From Malacoraja senta (lineage: Eukaryota): a stretch of DNA of 64,000 nt. Below are positions 53,418-64,000 of this stretch, piece after piece. A model generated the notes under the pieces. The model did not search any database and was not told the DNA's origin. It saw nothing but the letters and a program-made list of their open reading frames with translations. Within the stretch, counting starts at the first letter, position 1; each line of letters starts with the position of its first letter. The stretch covers positions 14,076,001-14,140,000 of the forward strand of contig CM075990.1 in NCBI GenBank assembly GCA_038087875.1, read 5' to 3'. A program made the position numbers and the translations under genes.

Positions 53418-54567
53418 ATAGATAAAACCTTCAGGCATAACCTTCCACTAATGTCTTGTTTCTTGTTCTTTGCAGTCTTTTTTTCTTTTCAGTCTTGCTG
53501 TATTTATGTCTAATGTGTTTTTGTGTGCTGTCTGTGTCTGTGTGCCTGTGATGCTGCTGCCAGCAATATTTTTTATTGTACCTGTTCCTCACCGTATCTG
53601 TGTACCTGACGATAAACCCAGCTTGACTTGATTTGATTTGATAAAAGCAATATTTATTTATGAATGCAGAAGCTGCTGGAAATACTCTGCCGATGTAAAG
53701 GCAAACAAAACTATTGTTTCAGTTGGGAACCAAATCTGTGCAGGCCAACCTGGTGAAAGATCCTTTCTCTAAAACATGGATCCGTTTCTCTCCCCAGCTA
53801 GTGTCTAAGAATGTGTTTTGTGTAACGGGAGATGGGAGCACCTGTCGCTCAATAGTTGCTTTGGTTGGTCTAAAAATTTACAAGTGGGTTGAGTATCTCA
53901 TTGAAACTATGACCATGTCCCCCATTGGGGATGGAATCCAATTTTAGGAGCCTGCTACTTTTACCACTGGTTGGATGAATGTCATGCTGGAAAACTGTAG
54001 AACACAATTGAAATAACAAACCCTGTTGGAATACCCTGTACCTGTGAAAGGGGCAGCACGATGACACAGCGGTTAAGTTGCTTCCTTACAGCGCCAGAGA
54101 TCTGGGTTCAAACCTGACCAGGGGTGCTTGTCTGCATGACGTTTGATGATGTAGGTGGAGATGTAGGTGGAGATAGAGTCACAGAATCATACACGATACT
54201 CCAAAGATGTACAAGTTTGTAGTTTAATTGGCTTGTAAATTGTCCCTAGCATGTGTGAGGATCGCTGTTCGGCGCAGACCCAGTGGGCCAAAGGGCCTGT
54301 TTCCGTGCTGTATCTCTAAACTAAACTAAACTGTTGCATTACCCAAACCAGCCCAAGTTATCACTCTCAAATACAGACAGGAATAATCGCATAATGATTA
54401 TTTATGTTCAACTATGCTGATCAATGTATCAGTTGTGATTGTTCAACCCTGCACCCTAACGATCATAGAATCAGCACACTGGCTGACATCTTCCCAACTG
54501 GAATTCCCACAATTGTGGAAACGCTGCCCCACTTCAGAGGATCACTCCCAAAGAATGAAGCAGGCTC

Positions 54568-54595
54568 TTTATTTTAAATGTAGCATTTGTTTATT
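54568..54595 (-). terminator. Candidate distal poly(A) signals for PSD
   Basis: Two minus-strand AATAAA hexamers (54568-54573 and 54590-54595) next to unique AT-rich sequence. A proximal CATAAA variant lies near 58118. Confidence 0.25.
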
Positions 54596-55147
54596 GAACA
54601 GTATTCCTGTAGTTTTACATAGGTTGTCATCATTAAATAGCTATCAACATTTACAAAGCGGTTCCTTGCTTTGTCGGAGACGTAAAACGGTGACAGCTCC
54701 TCTTGCGGCAAAACATGTCGCCAGGTTCACTGACATTATTATGAATCAGTTTATTCGTTCCTTCAATTGATTTTTGAGGATCTGGGTCACTTTTTTCTTC
54801 TTCGTAATAAAAGGGGTTTTGGTGCTCCAGGAAGCAACAGATTTTCACTTCAATCCCCAAAGCTCTAGTCTCATTCCTATCTTACACTAAGACCTCCCTC
54901 CTTCTCCCGTTTGATCTCCTCAACAAGCTACTTGCTCTCACCCCTCCAGCAGCACCCATCTCTTCACCACATACACATGCTCTGTACCTGCTCCAACCTC
55001 ACTGCAGCCCTCTCATTAAGGCCACCAGTCTACTCTCAAATGGAGATGACTGAAGATAAAGAAACTGGGATGAGAATATCTCCGGATCACTTCACTGAAG
55101 TCAGCATCAGCAATGACCCAGGACTCATTGAACTCTTAAGAATCTTT

Positions 55148-55649
55148 GTGTAGGAAAGAACTGCAGATGTTGGTTTAAACCGAAGAGAGACACAAAAAGC
55201 TGGAGTAACTCAGCGGGACAGGTAGCATCTCTGGAGAGTCACGGTGGCGCAACGCCGGGTACACGGGTTCGATCCCGACTACGGGTGCTGTCTGTACGCA
55301 ATTTGTACGTTCTCCCGGTGACCTGCGTGGGCTTTCTCCAAGATCTTCGGTTTCCTCCCACACTCCAAAGACGTACAGGTTTGTAGGTTAATTGGCTTGG
55401 TAGATGTGAAAATTGTCCCTAGTGGGTGTAGGATAATGTTAATGTGCGGGGATCGCTGGTCGGCGCGGACCCAGTGGGCCGAACGGGTCTGTTTCCGCGC
55501 TGTATCTCTAACCATAACTAAACTAAAGAAGGAACGGGAGACATTTCGGGTCGAGGCGCTTCTTCAGAGTCTTGACCCGAAACGTCACGCATTCCTTCTC
55601 TCCGGAGATGCTGCCTGTCCCGCTGAGTTACTCCAGCATTTTGTGTCTA
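55148..55649. mobile_element. Penelope-derived fold-back insertion with a nested V-SINE (55238-55527)
   Basis: Flanked by TCTTAAGAATCTT / TCTTAAGACTCTT. The SINE splits the CTGGAGA|GAAGGAA consensus. Confidence 0.75.
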
Positions 55650-57519
55650 TCTTAAGACTCTTCCCTGGGGCAAGCCCAGAGAATGGTCAGTGACCAGAAA
55701 TGTTAACTAACGTCTGCTCGCCTGCAGATGCTGCAGGTTTTATTTTCAGCTATTTTACTTATGCATTTTCAACCCTGCAAAAGAAAATTTAAAAAAACTG
55801 AAGATACTGAAAGACTGACATAAAAAACACATAATGCTAGAATCGCCCAGCAGGTCAGGCAGCATCTGTGGGGAAATAAATTGTTAATGCTCAGATGAAA
55901 CATTAACTGTTTCTCTTTCCGCATATGGTCACCCGCCCAGCATTTTTTAAAAATTGTTATTAAAGATTCCTCTGGAATAGATTCATGGCCAGGTCCTGGA
56001 GATGAAACGACATCTGAACATTTGGTGGAAACTCAGCAGGTCAAGCAGCATCTGTGGAGGCAAAAAGCTGTGACCTGCATCAGGACTGAGAGATTGCCAG
56101 CATTTAGCAGCATCTGAGGGTGGGATAAGTGGAACTACCCGGCGAGGGAGTGATGAAAAGATTAAACCAGATGATGGGATGGATCAGCAGAGAGAGAAGA
56201 AAGCCAGATGGACAGATGAGTGGGGTGTGGATGAAGGGGAGAACAAAGGAGAAGTGCTGACTGCTGCAAATGTGGAACAGCAGCAAGCAAAGCTATGAGG
56301 GAGAGAGAGGGCAAGCAACGGTACTGACACACGGTGGGTGTTAAGGGTGGATCCTAAGACCTTAACCTTTAGGAGGGAGAACCTTTGGGCCACTTGATGA
56401 TTGGATTGAACGTACCTGTGATAGCGGCTGGGACAAATATGGGAGACAAGAAACCCGTGCTGGAAACAACGTGGGACAACACGGCGGCAAGCACATTGAA
56501 CACAAACGCCCGACTATAATGTCAACTCCCTTGTCTTTTGCTAGCCTTGAGATTAATGGACAAGCTGCTACCATCAACACTCACCATTTCCCTCTGCTCT
56601 CAGTCTTCCCAGTGGTTGAATTAAACCCTCTCTCCTCCAAACAGAAAGCTATGACTGATGAATAAATATAGCCTCTACTTTTAGGAACAAGCTGGCAGAC
56701 ATGAACTAGACTTTGTTGTCAAGGCTGCAGAGACCCACATTTTTGCTGCCCTTCATTGGGTATTTTTAAAGTGGAGGTCCTTGATTAGTAAGGGCATCAG
56801 AAGTTATGGGGAGAAGGCAGGAGAATGGGGTTGAGAGGGAAAAATAGATCAGCCATGATTGAATGGCAGAGCAGACTTGATGGGCCAAATCCTGCTCCTA
56901 TGCCTTAAGGTCTTATAATCTTCCTATCCTGTGTCTCCCGCTCAGCTGATCTGGATTGAGATCTTGGTGATCACTCACACCATTTCTTGGCCTGAATACG
57001 TAGCTGTGGGATGTTGAGCAGGTCAAACACCAAAACCCTTCAAATTCCACTGTGGGCCACAGATCCTCTTTGCTTTGAAGGATTTACCAACCCATTTTTC
57101 ACATTTTATGTGGGTTACCTTCAATCAAAATAGAAAATTTAAAACATGCACATTAGGCATTTGAAGACAGGGGTGTCTTGCTGTATGGGGGCCAAACATT
57201 GCCCAAATGCTGGAGAAAAAATATTAAAATTCAACATGCTGCATTGAGCGCCCTGCACCCGGCTATAGACACTAAGGTTCAGTCCTTATCCCTCTGTATT
57301 TTTGCGTGCGTAAGACATGCACCAAATCACTTGTTCCTCCACTGACACAAGGTCCAGGCGTCTGTCACGGTGTGAGAGACATGACCAGCAGGTCTGTGGT
57401 CATCTTGCACCAATCCAATGAGGAAGGCTGAGCACCAAGCCAATCTACTGGTCCCCGAGGATCAGCAAGGAAAACCATTCCACCACACTTTACAGAGCAC
57501 CGCTGATGGGCAAATATGA

Positions 57520-57900
57520 AGAACCCACATCTGCCCAACAAGATCACAGTGCCCACATCTACTCAGTCGCAGAGCGCACATCTGCTGACAGTTACACAGA
57601 GCACACATCTGGAAACAGTCGCACAAAGAACACACCTGCCCATCATCCAATCCCAACAGAGCATACAGATTGTCATACAGACCACACATCTGCCCATGCT
57701 GAGAGTGCACATCTGCCCACACTGTGTCAGAGTGCAAACATGCCCACATTGTTGCACAGCACACATCTGCCCTCACTGCTGCTTTGTTACAGTGTTCCAC
57801 TGCCACACAGAGTGCACATCTGCCCCGCTGTCATACTGTCTCACAGAGTGCACATCTGCCCTTCGTCACACTGTCACGATGACTGCACACCTGCCCCCCT
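57520..57900. repeat. Degenerate minisatellite with CACATCTGCCC core, downstream of the PSD stop codon
   Basis: About 10 recurrences of (AGAGTG)CACATCTG(CCC) at variable spacing. Confidence 0.85.
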
Positions 57901-58870
57901 CACCCTCTTACACCATTTGAAACTTTTGGATAGTTATTGAGTTTCTGCCTTTAGAGTTAACCAGCACCGACAAGGTCTGGGAACATCTACAAAGTATATC
58001 CGAGAAGAGCAGGACTGAACGGCTTGGACAGACGGGAGTCTGGTGCAAGCAGTGTGATGTGATCATGTGCACTAACAGAGTTGATAAAACCAGTCCCTAT
58101 TCATACTGAGGTCCTGTTTTATGAAACACACATTCAACTGACATAAACTGTGGAAATAATTTAACATTCACAAAGGGGGGGGGGGGGGGGGGGGTGGGGG
58201 AAGCAGGTACAAACAGCTGAGACGTGAGGAGTGGAGAAGAGAAACACAGCATAAATAAAAGTTTTGAAGACTGCTGTGTTGACAAGGCTATCGGCTCATC
58301 GCCAGGTCAGGCGAACATGTCCATGAGATCACATTGGGGGAAGCCTTCTCCAGTTGGTCCCGCCAAATATGGGAAGCACAACCCAAATTGCGCCACCCCT
58401 CGCCTCTGCCCTCCCCCAGCCTCCGTGCCGCCCTATCCAACACAAACGTGTTTGTTCAGCCACAGCATTGGGGGACACAATGACATCAGAACTTCGGACG
58501 CTGCAAAGGGCAGTCCTTCCTTCCCATCACTCAAGGGGGAAGCACGGAGGCCTTTGCAGGAAGAAGCAGCTCCTAGTTCCGATTCAGAGTACAAGTTGGG
58601 CTTGGCCTCGCTGTTTGGCAGATGGTGCGAGGCCTGGCCAGCTTGGCTACTGCCCTTCCCAATGGTGTTGCTCTGAGGCGCAGTTCTTACCATCCTCAGT
58701 CACAGTCTGCACTTGGCAAAGGGAATCGTATCTACATCATTCTGTGCTCGAGCCAGACATTCACCAACCAGCACGAGGAGCTACCAATGGCTCTACACTA
58801 CTGTCCTTAAGCTGCCGCCGAACGTACAACGCACGAGGCAGTCTCAGCGCAAGGTTGGACCAACCGTGCG

Positions 58871-59113
58871 TTACAGTTTGTGCTTGGCGCTAGCAGGGTG
58901 CCGATTGTTCCTGCGCTCCGAGGTATTCCGTTTGATCCTGATGGCCACCACCGGCTGCTCCAGGTTGAGGGAGGGGCTGGAGTGCGACTTCTTCAGGCCG
59001 TTCCCTTCGTTCTCCGCAGTGTCAAACAAGGCGGCGTCAAATTTGTCCAGGTCATCGGTGCCGGCCTTCAGCTTGGCCCGAAGCAGTGAGACGTAGGTAC
59101 AGAACCGCATCTC
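58871..59113 (-). CDS. psd: Terminal coding exon of PSD/EFA6-family gene
   Basis: Polypyrimidine acceptor ctctcttttccccacAG, in frame with the upstream exon. It encodes EMRFCTYVSLLRAKLKAGTDDLDKFDAALFDTAENEGNGLKKSHSSPSLNLEQ...KRNTSERR...KHKL*, with the family motifs KLKAG and LKKSHSSPSL. TAA at 58871-58873. Confidence 0.9.
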   Translation of the reverse strand, partial: EMRFCTYVSLLRAKLKAGTDDLDKFDAALFDTAENEGNGLKKSHSSPSLNLEQPVVAIRIKRNTSERRNNRHPASAKHKL

Positions 59114-59631
59114 CTGTGGGGAAAAGAGAGGCTTGTTCCATCAGAGCTGGACACAACAGCAGGGCCATGGGGAGGAGGAGGAGGAGGAGTAGGGTAAGAG
59201 GAACCGACTGGGGATTGGTGGAACCACAGAGGGTGAGATCAACACTCCCCACATTTGGGGAATGCAGACGTAAGATGGTCAATAACAAAACCAAGGAATT
59301 TGTGTGAGACTTTCCCTGTGAAGATAGACACAAAATGTTGGAGTAATTCCATGGGTCAGGCAGGATCTCTGGAGAAAAGGAATAGGTGATGTCTGGGCCT
59401 GTGTTTAGTTTAGTTTAGAGATACAACTTGGAAACAGGCCCTTCAGCCCACCGAGACCATGTCGACTAGCGATCACACAGATAGGGACAATTTTATAGAA
59501 GCCAATTAACCTACAGATCTGCAGGTCTGCGGAGATGTGGAAGTCCACGTGGAATGATGGACATGAAGTTTAAAGATGCAATTAAGGGGTGAAGCTGAGT
59601 GAGTAAGTGGCAAACATCACTCCATACTTAA

Positions 59632-59937
59632 AGGATTGGACAGGCTTGCAGATGCAGGAAAAATGTTGGGGGAGTCCAGAACCAGGGGTCACACTTTAAG
59701 AATTAGGGCTAGGTCATTTAGGACTGAGATGAGGAAAAACTTTTTCACCCAGAGAGTTGTGAATCTGTGGAATTCTCTGCCACAGAAGGCAGTGGAGGCC
59801 AATTCACTGGATGTTTTCAAGAGAGAATTAGATTTAGCTTTCAGGACTAAAGGAATCAAGGGATATGGGGAAAAAGCAGGAACAGGGTACTGATTTTAGA
59901 TGATCATATTGAATGGCGGTGCTGAATGGCCTACCCC
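59632..59937 (+). mobile_element. CR1 LINE 3' fragment in the last PSD intron (antisense to the gene)
   Basis: SRTRGHTL...FFTQRVVNLWNSLP. Ends ~15 nt from the splice donor. Confidence 0.9.
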
Positions 59938-59952
59938 TGCATCTATGCCCAC

Positions 59953-60096
59953 CTCGAACTCCAAGTATTCCTCCTTCTGCTTGTACTCCTCCAGCTCTTT
60001 GCCCTTCGCCTTCTTGTCCGGAGGGAATGAGTGATGCTCGGCCAAGTCCGTGGTCATCGCCTTCAGCCGGGCATCGTGAGCCTTTATCTGCTCCTC
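59953..60096 (-). CDS. psd: Penultimate coding exon of a PH and SEC7 domain-containing protein (PSD/EFA6 family), coiled-coil region
   Basis: 144-nt phase-0 exon bounded by ...tggcAG and GTgggc. It encodes EEQIKAHDARLKAMTTDLAEHHSFPPDKKAKGKELEEYKQKEEYLEFE, which resembles the PSD-family coiled coil (recalled human PSD: EQVRTHEAKLKAMASEL...QKEAYLEFE). Paralog identity (PSD vs PSD2/PSD3) is not certain. Confidence 0.9.
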
Positions 60097-62084
60097 CTGC
60101 CAGACAGTGAACAAAAGAACAAGATCTCAATCCAGTCCACCCCCCCCCCCCCCCCTCCACCCCCACACACGTAGGACGCACTCAAAGCTGTCCTGTAGCT
60201 CATTGGCTTTGAGAACAGGAGCTGGTAACTCCTTGCCATTCCCTGCATCAGCCAGCAGAGGCTGCCACTGCCCACCACAGTCCACAACATGACGGGCACC
60301 TCTGTCGGTTCACATGGGTTTGGGCATCTGATCTCGTTGCCGAGGCTCGGTGAGGGACATTGTCCAATTGTGCCCTTAGGCCAGGTTTGACACGTGCTAA
60401 TGGAGAAACAAGGAACTGCAGATGCTGGAATCTTGAACAAAACACAAAGTGCTGGAGTAACTCAGTGAGTCACGGCAGAATCTTTGGAGGATGTGAATAG
60501 GTGATATTTCAGGTCGGGGCCCTTCTTCAGATCCTCCTGGAAGAGGGATCCTGACCAGAAACATTATTTATTGATGTCCTCCAGTGATGCTGCCTGACCC
60601 GCTGAGTTACTCCAGCACTTTGCGTGTGGGACATGTGGCGATTTTGATGATGCCACAGACACACACAGCAACACACTTACCACCTGCATCCAATGGAGCA
60701 GCAAGAGAGAGTGGGTGGAGGACAAGTCCAGGTGTCTGGTTGGCCATTCCCCACACAAGAACACAGGGACAAAGACTTGTAAAATCCATCACAGATCTGC
60801 AGCAGCGCTACACTGTGCAAATGTTAGCAGATTGGTAACACATCGGTATTCTATCCACTTGGCGGTAGCTTTATCGGAGGTCTTGTTGTTGATGTCTCTC
60901 CAATTCTGGTCTCTTGACCATCTCCTATTTTAAAGGCTCCACCCTTGTAGTCCAAAGCTACTTCTGCCAAGATCGTAAGTCTATAAAAGTCTTTCGCTAA
61001 ACTTATCTGTCTCTCTTTCCTCTTACAAAGTAGTCCTAACATTCCTGTAAAACTGCAGCAAGTAAGAATGTCACTGTTCCAGTCTATACGCGGTGCGCAT
61101 GATAAATATCCACTCTCAATATTATTACAATCTTTGATTTGATCATCTGCTCTAGTATCCCTTCAGTCTAATTTGGTTTATTCTATTGCAAAATGGCACA
61201 GTTGCTACCTCACAGCGCCAGAGACATGAGTGTGATCCTGCACCCGGGTGCTGTCTGTGTGGAGTTTGCATGGTTTCCCTGTGACTGTGTGGGTTTCCTC
61301 TGGTTCCCTTCCACATCCCAAAGACACACAGGTTTGTAGGTCAATTGGTCTCTGTAAGTTACCCCCAATGCGTAGGGATGAGAAAGTGGGATAACATGAA
61401 ACTGGTGTGTAAGTGATGGTTAGAATGGACTCAGTGGGCTGAAGTGTATGTTTAAATGCTGCTTCTATTAATTTAATTAATTTAATCAATCAATCAGGAT
61501 GATTCTGATGAAGGGACTTTGACATGAAATGTTATCTGTTTCTCTCTCCACAGATGCTACCTGACCTGCTGAGTATTTTTGAATTTATTTCAGATTTTCA
61601 TTATCTGCATTCTTTTTGATTTTTATCTAGTATTCCTTCACATAGCTTGGGCAGTCTCTGTTATGAAGCACCCTATACATTTTAGATACAGTAATAGTCA
61701 AGAGTGTTAATAGCAAAATTGTTATATGTTCTTGGACTGGAACAATTAAATTCTTACTTGCTGCAAGTTTGCAGGTATATTAACACAACTAAACATACAA
61801 TAAACAATAATAAAATCAATTATCAGTTAAGGGGCTGTCCCACTGCAGTGACCTAATTTGCGAGTTTAGACGAGTTTGCTCTCGACTCAAACTCGCAGCA
61901 TGGTCGACACGAGGTCCTATGAGGTTACTGGAACGCTCCTTCATGCTCGAGGGAAGTTCCCGAATACTCGTGGCCGAATAGGTTGCAGAAACATTTTCAG
62001 CATGTTGAAACATATTCCACTAGTAAAATTTGGTCGGCATGGTTCTTTTTAACTTGTAGTGCAGTGGAGTGGGGTCGCTACTTA

Positions 62085-63693
62085 CAGTGGCTTGCAAAAG
62101 TTTTCATACCCCTTGAACTTTTCCACATTTTGTCACGTTACAACCACAAACGTAAATGTATTTTATTGGGATTTTATGTGATAGACCAACACAAAGTGGT
62201 GCATAATTGTGAAGTTGAAGGAAAATGATACATGGTTTTCAAATTTTTTTACAAATAAAAAATGGAAAAGTGTCGCGTGCAAAAGTATTCAGCCCCCCTG
62301 AGTCAATACTTTGTAGAACCACCTTTCGCTGCAATTACAGCTGCGTCTTTTGGGGTATGTCTCTACCAGCTTTGCACATCTAGAGACTGAAATTATTGCC
62401 CATTCTTCTTTGCAAAATAGCTCAAGCTCAGTCAGATTGGATGGAGAGCGTCTGTGAACAGCAATTTTCAAGTCTTGCCAGAGATTCTCAATTGGATTAG
62501 GTCTGGACTTTGACTGGGCCATTCTAACACATTAATATGCTTTGATCTAAACCATTCCATTGTAGCTCTGGCTGTATGTTTAGGGTCGTTGTCCTGCTGG
62601 AAGGTGAACCTCCGCCCCAGTCTCAAGTCTTTTGCAGACTCTAACAGGTTTTCTTCCAAGATTGCCCTGTATTTGGCTCCATCCATCTTCCCATCAACTC
62701 TGACCAGCTTCCTGTCCCTGCTGAAGAAAAGCATCCCCACAGCATGATGCTGCCACCACCATGTTTCACAGTGGGATGGTGTGTTCAGGGTGATGTGCAG
62801 TGTTAGGTTTCCGCCACACATAGCGTTTTGCATTTATGCAAAAAACTTCAATTTTGGTCTCATCTGACCAGAGCACCTTCCTCCACATGTTTGCTGTGTC
62901 CCCCACATGGCTTGTGGCAAACTGCAAACGGGACTTCTTATGGCTTTTTTTCAACAATGGCTTTCTTCTTGCCACTCTTCATAAAGGCCCGATTTGTGGA
63001 GTGCACGACTAATAGTTGTCCTGTGGACAGATTCTCCCACCTGAGCTGTGGATCTCTGCAGCTCCTCCAGAGTTACCATGGGCCTCTTGGCTGCTTCTCT
63101 GATCAATGCTCTCCTTGCCCGGCCTGTCAGTTTAGGTGGACGCCCATGTCTTGGTAGGTTTGCAGTTGTGCCATACTCTTTCCATTTTCGGATGATGGAT
63201 TGAACAGTGCTCCGTGAGATGTTCAAAGCGTGGGATATTTTTTATAACCTAACCCGCTTTAAACTTCTCCACAACTTTATCCCTGACCTGTCTGGTGTGT
63301 TCCTTGGGCTTCATGATGCTGTTTGTTCACTAATGTTCTCTAACAAACCTCTGAGGCCTTCACAGAACAGCTGTATTTATACTGAGATTAGATTACACAC
63401 AAGTGGACTCTATTTACTAATTAGGTGACTTCTGAAGGCAATTGGTTGCACTGGATTTTATTTAGGGGTATCAGAGTAAAGGGGGCTGAATACTTTTGCA
63501 CGCGACACTTTTCAGTTTTTTATTTGTAAAAAAATTTGAAATCCATGTATCATTTTCCTTCCACTTCACAATTATGCGCCACTTTGTGTTGGTCTATCAC
63601 ATAAAATCCCAATAAAATACATTTACGTTTGTGGTTGTAACGTGACAAAATGTGGAAAAGTTCAAGGGGTATGAATACTTTTGCAAGCCACTG
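62085..63693 (-). mobile_element. Full-length Tc1/mariner DNA transposon, IR/DR type, Passport/PPTN-like (1609 bp)
   Basis: ~213-bp terminal inverted repeats (62085-62297 and 63481-63693) starting CAGTGGCTTGCAAAAG, with an inner repeat TGCAAAAGTATTCA. TA precedes the left end. A transposase lies between the TIRs. Confidence 0.97.
62303..63314 (-). pseudogene. Frameshifted DD34E Tc1 transposase
   Basis: Stitched frames give MKPKEHTRQVRDKVVEKF...GRPPKL...WSDETK...FQQDNDPKH...[15 protein letters not shown]...AVIAAKGGSTKY*, with 34 residues between the second D and the E. Seven small deletions break the frame. Confidence 0.95.
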
Positions 63694-64000
63694 CACTTAC
63701 AGGCAGTTGAGGGCAGCCATAGGTAACCTCCTTCGCTGACCGGGCATTTTGATTGGCTCATTGGAGTTTTCAGGACCAGAGAAAATTAACCGGTAATGTT
63801 AAATGCCCACTAAACTTTATTATACTTCTTAAAATTGTCTCCACTCCTTCTCCCCCCCTTCTCTTCCTTCTCTCCCACCCCTCCGTGCTCTCTAAAGGAC
63901 TTACCGTAACTGTGCAACCGTCTTTTACCTTCCTCTTCATCGTGGGTGTGAATTTCAGACAGCGCTCCCCCGCTTTCCCTGGCCCCCGCCTTTGCGATGT

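Larger units (their letters stand above)
61830..64000. mobile_element. PIF/Harbinger-type non-autonomous element (left end), interrupted by the Tc1 and probably continuing past the window end
   Basis: TTA followed by terminus AGGGGCTGTCCCACT...GACCTAATT.GCGAGTTTAGA, matching the terminus at 13161 (reverse) and the MITE TIR at 21761. Assignment of 63694-64000 to this element is inferred. Confidence 0.65.

Noticed and set aside
57520..57900. CRISPR-like repeat/spacer pattern (also 23705-23930)
   Set aside because: Eukaryotic context, degenerate repeats, related spacers and no cas genes. These are minisatellites.
58224..59096. Plus-strand ORFs overlapping the PSD last exon and UTR
   Set aside because: Antisense shadows of GC-rich coding and UTR sequence.

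Overview
Repeat-rich eukaryotic DNA, most likely from a cartilaginous fish (skate/ray-like). This is inferred from abundant HE1/V-SINE-like and CR1 (HER1-like) repeats. The only recognisable host gene is the last two coding exons of a PSD/EFA6-family ARF6-GEF on the minus strand (59953-60096 and 58871-59113). The remaining ~58 kb is intergenic or intronic and holds nested mobile elements: a full-length Passport-like DD34E Tc1 transposon inside a Harbinger-type element, a palindromic Harbinger MITE, fragments of Hero (RLE), Penelope (GIY-YIG), CR1, L2, Rex1, L1 and RTE elements, SINEs and large microsatellites. The most notable observations are: (1) many tiny Penelope-derived insertions, often fold-back, with 9-16 bp TSDs and minimal hammerhead cores; (2) a GC-rich non-autonomous retroposon group that shares a covarying hairpin but has three different LINE-like tails; (3) a highly structured Hero 3' UTR in two copies that share a frameshift; (4) a Tc1 transposase broken almost only by homopolymer deletions. 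Most ORFs in the supplied track are spurious. Family names come from recalled motif similarity, not database searches, and boundaries of old repeats are approximate.
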